Below are positions 57,196-60,158 of a stretch of 60,158 bases of DNA, one piece after another; within the stretch, counting starts at the first letter, position 1; each line of letters starts with the position of its first letter. The stretch covers positions 1-60,158 of the forward strand of contig JAZOQG010000083.1 of assembly GCA_045656005.1 (NCBI GenBank). The letters are read 5' to 3'. The notes under the pieces were generated by a model, which saw nothing but the letters and a program-made list of their open reading frames with translations, was not told where the DNA came from and did not search any database. This DNA comes from Clostridia bacterium (GTDB lineage Bacteria; Bacillota; Clostridia; UMGS1883; UMGS1540). Position numbers and translations under genes: made by a program.

Positions 57196-58056
57196 TTAAT
57201 TTCCTCCTTCAGCCTTTTTAAAGAGATTGCAAGTTTCTTCGTATGCGTGGCGCTCAAAATCAGAGTACATTCTGCCTCTTGACATCGCCTCATCAAAATC
57301 TATTTCATAAGCATTAAATTCAGGCCCGTCAACGCATGCAAATTTTGTAACTTTTTTGCCGTCCTGATTTAAAGTAAGTCTGCATCCGCCGCACATACCA
57401 GTTCCGTCTATCATAATAGGGTTCATGGATGCAACCGCAGGGATACCGAATGGTTTAGCAGTAAGTGTTACAAACTTCATCATAATGAGAGGACCGATTG
57501 TGATAATCACATCAAATTTTTCTCCTGCCTCAAGCATTTCCTTAAGCGGAATTGTAACGTTACCCTCTCTGCCATAAGAACCGTCGTCTGTCATTAATAT
57601 ACAATTATCTGAACAAGCCTTAAATTCATCTTCAAGTATAACAAGATTTTTATCCCTGAAACCTATAATGCTTGTAACATGAGCACCAAGACGGTGAAAT
57701 TCTTCTGCAACGGGCATAGCAATGGCACAGCCAACACCGCCGCCAACTATACAAACCTTTTTGATGCCTTCCGTGTGTGTTGCTCTGCCAAGCGGTCCTG
57801 CGAAGTCTTCAATATATTCGCCTTCATTTTTCATGTTAAGCTTTCCTGTTGTAGCTCCTACTATCTGGAAAATAATTTTAACTGTACCTTCCGCAGTATT
57901 GGTTCCTGCAACAGTAAGAGGAATTCTCTCACCTTCGCTGTCAACACGCAAAATAATAAACTGACCTGGTTTTGCTTTTGCCGCAACCAATGGTGCTTCT
58001 ATCTCCATTTGAGTAACTGTGGGGTTTAACACCCTTTTACGCACAATTTTGTACAT
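57196..58056 (-). CDS. nfnA: NfnA small subunit (SudB-like)
   Basis: KPGQFII, GERIPLT, GGGVG, MIDGTGMCGGCR, FACVDGPEF. Confidence 0.9.
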   Translation of the reverse strand: MYKIVRKRVLNPTVTQMEIEAPLVAAKAKPGQFIILRVDSEGERIPLTVAGTNTAEGTVKIIFQIVGATTGKLNMKNEGEYIEDFAGPLGRATHTEGIKKVCIVGGGVGCAIAMPVAEEFHRLGAHVTSIIGFRDKNLVILEDEFKACSDNCILMTDDGSYGREGNVTIPLKEMLEAGEKFDVIITIGPLIMMKFVTLTAKPFGIPAVASMNPIMIDGTGMCGGCRLTLNQDGKKVTKFACVDGPEFNAYEIDFDEAMSRGRMYSDFERHAYEETCNLFKKAEGGN

Positions 58057-58302
58057 AAACGTTCTCCCTTCTATTATATAAACGTTAACCGCAAATCTAC
58101 AAAATATATTGTAACACATCACTATATATTTGTGTAATATAAAATTTGTATATCGTTATATATAAAATGATATACGATTTTTGCAAATTAAATATTTTTA
58201 TCCGCGTTGTTTATTATTTCTTTTTAAACCAAATATTATCAATATTTGTACATAAAAAATAATGGATTTTTTGTATAATAACTTTTCTATTATATTTTTT
58301 TG

Positions 58303-59736
58303 TTATAACCTTCCATAAATGGAATTAAATCTAAAAAACTTTTGTTTATCAATTCCCTCAAGCTGCTTCTTTGTAATCCTGAAACTCCAATTGCCCTCTG
58401 CTTTTCCGGGAGTATTTATTCTTGTATCACTGCCATATAAAAGTAAATCCTGCAGGGGCATTATTAATAGTCCGGCACTGCTTTGAAACATCATTCTGAA
58501 AATACTTTCATAACATCCGTCAATGTCTCCGCCCTGATATCCACAGTAATCAAACAGATTTTTCCTTTGCCCATCATCAAGTTCCCACACATATCCGAGT
58601 AATGTGTTATTGTCATGAGTTCCCGTATATGCGACAGATAAATTTTTGTAGTTATGCGGAAGATGAGGAGAATTTCCGTCTCCGAGGAAACCAAACTGTA
58701 AAACTCGCATGCCGGGAAGTCCACTCTTGTCAACCAGTGCTCTTACATCATCATCTATATCTCCTAAATCCTCCGCAATAATAAGCCTGTCTCCGCATAC
58801 ATCTTTTATAGTATTTATAAAATCAATTCCCGGTCCCTTCTTCCACTCGCCTTCTCTCGCCGTTTTCTCTCCCGCTTTAACACTGTAGTAAGACTGAAAT
58901 GCCCTAAAATGGTCAATTCTCACTCCGTCAAAAAGGCGGAGCATCAGTCTCATGCGCTCAATCCACCATGAATATCCGTCCTCTTTCATTTTGTCCCATC
59001 TGTAAAGGGGATTTCCCCAAAGCTGACCGTCAGGACAGAAATAATCAGGCGGAACTGCCGCCACCGCCTCAGCATTTCCATTTTTATCCAGCTGAAAATA
59101 CTCTGAATTTGACCATACATCACTACTGTCAAAGTCAACATATATGGGAATATCTCCGATTATTTCTATCCCATTTTTGTTTGCATAATCCTTAACCGCC
59201 ATCCATTGCTTATATATAGTGTACTGACAAAATTTCCATGTTTTAAATAAATCCTTGTCAATTTCGCTTTTGTCCCACTCGTTCCATACCTTATCACCAT
59301 TTGCCGCTTTAAGTGCCATAAATCGGCAAAAATTTAAAACCTGCGGAAACTCATAAAAAAACTCTTCCGCCTTTTCCCAGTCATTAAACCTTTCCGCCGC
59401 TTTTGAAAGCAGAGGAAGTCTTTCTTTTTTTAGCCTGTCAAATTCACAACTGTAAGGAGTATTTTGCTTTGACTTTTCTAATTCTTCTTTGAGAATAATC
59501 CCTTCCTTATAAAGAAGCTCCAAATCAATAAAGTAAGGATTTAAACTGAATGCACTAAAAGATTTATATGGAGAATTACACATATCAGGCAAACAAAACG
59601 GAAGGGTCTGCCATATGGAAAACCCACATTCCTTTAAAAAATCTATCCATTCATAAGCCGCTTTTCCTGCACTTCCCACCGAGTAATCGCCCCAAAGAGA
59701 AGACACATGAAAAAGTACACCGCTACGTCTTTTCAT
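58303..59736 (-). CDS. malQ: 4-alpha-glucanotransferase (amylomaltase, GH77)
   Basis: RRSGVL.H, SPY, IGDIPIY, VPPDYF..GQLWGNP, RIDHFR, AEDLG, YTGTHDN, RINTPG. Confidence 0.96.
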   Translation of the reverse strand: MKRRSGVLFHVSSLWGDYSVGSAGKAAYEWIDFLKECGFSIWQTLPFCLPDMCNSPYKSFSAFSLNPYFIDLELLYKEGIILKEELEKSKQNTPYSCEFDRLKKERLPLLSKAAERFNDWEKAEEFFYEFPQVLNFCRFMALKAANGDKVWNEWDKSEIDKDLFKTWKFCQYTIYKQWMAVKDYANKNGIEIIGDIPIYVDFDSSDVWSNSEYFQLDKNGNAEAVAAVPPDYFCPDGQLWGNPLYRWDKMKEDGYSWWIERMRLMLRLFDGVRIDHFRAFQSYYSVKAGEKTAREGEWKKGPGIDFINTIKDVCGDRLIIAEDLGDIDDDVRALVDKSGLPGMRVLQFGFLGDGNSPHLPHNYKNLSVAYTGTHDNNTLLGYVWELDDGQRKNLFDYCGYQGGDIDGCYESIFRMMFQSSAGLLIMPLQDLLLYGSDTRINTPGKAEGNWSFRITKKQLEGIDKQKFFRFNSIYGRL

Positions 59737-59885
59737 GCTGATTACCTCCCAAAAACAACTTTAACTAAAATAATCATACCACAAAACAATCAGATAGTCA
59801 ATTTAAACGCATAATAACCACCCAAAAATAATCCTTGTAATTTGTCGGAAAATGTGATAAAATTGCATAGAAGTGAGGTGTATAT

Positions 59886-60158
59886 ATGAGATGTAAGACT
59901 GGCAGAAGGATAAAAAGCTCTATTCCAATGGATAGTGTTTCTCCTTTTATTATGCCAAACCGAATAGGCGCATCAAACATATTCAGTGCAACAGTTGACA
60001 TAGAGAAGTGCGAAAGTCTTATAAGAGAGCAGAAAGCGAACATGCCGCATCTCGGCACAATACATGTTTTCATGGCGGCATATGTCAGAATGATTTCCCA
60101 GCTTCCCGGTATCAATCGCTATATTCAGGGGCAGCGTCTTTATGCAAGAGATGGTATA
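59886..60158 (+). CDS. Partial stand-alone 2-oxoacid dehydrogenase E2-like acyltransferase (runs off the window end)
   Basis: GAGGTG RBS, then an open frame MRCKTGRRIK...SPFIMPNR...HVFMAAYVRMISQLPGINRYIQGQRLYARDGI. Confidence 0.6.
   Translation, partial: MRCKTGRRIKSSIPMDSVSPFIMPNRIGASNIFSATVDIEKCESLIREQKANMPHLGTIHVFMAAYVRMISQLPGINRYIQGQRLYARDGI

Noticed and set aside
59798-60115. 105-aa minus-strand ORF
   Set aside because: Shadow of the plus-strand E2-like gene, which has a good RBS.
1-60158. CRISPR arrays, tRNA/rRNA, IS elements, selenocysteine read-through in Hdr/Flx
   Set aside because: No spaced repeats, RNA-gene-like intergenic segments or transposases seen; Hdr/Flx ORFs are continuous with Cys at motif positions.

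Overview
AT-rich window from a spore-forming anaerobic Firmicute (Clostridia-like: SleB, [FeFe]-hydrogenases, Rex-type sites); nearly all genes are on the minus strand. (1) 0.1-21.6 kb: a Wzx/Wzy exopolysaccharide operon with priming transferase, GT2/GT4/GT32 enzymes, GtrII/GtrB-like side-chain transfer, O-acetyltransferase and YdjC deacetylase. It carries its own c-di-GMP module: an intact diguanylate cyclase as first gene, an intact EAL phosphodiesterase, and a Wzz/Wzc-shaped co-polymerase whose cytoplasmic tail is a degenerate GGDEF domain rather than a tyrosine kinase. It also has a second co-polymerase paralog and a metallophosphoesterase with a DnaA-domain-I-like N-terminus. This is the best candidate for an undescribed system. 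The first ~140 bp is a GH2 beta-galactosidase-like fragment joined to a truncated GT2 (probable chimeric contig end). (2) 21.7-34.2 kb: mixed housekeeping genes (sugar isomerase, CE4 deacetylase, HU, PfkB, yceD-rpmF, MATE, sleB) and a 1.6 kb integrase-less phage-type ImmR/ImmA switch with three operators that drives an ArpU/RinA-like activator. (3) 34.2-58.1 kb: a contiguous redox island with NfnAB, HydABC, HfsABCD (H2 sensor, phosphatase, hydrogenase), then Mdh-FumC-HdrBCA-FlxDCBA-soluble fumarate reductase-AspT-type exporter behind a Rex-like site. (4) malQ and a partial E2-like gene. No rRNA, tRNA, CRISPR or transposase seen. All calls rest on motif recognition by eye; no searches were run.
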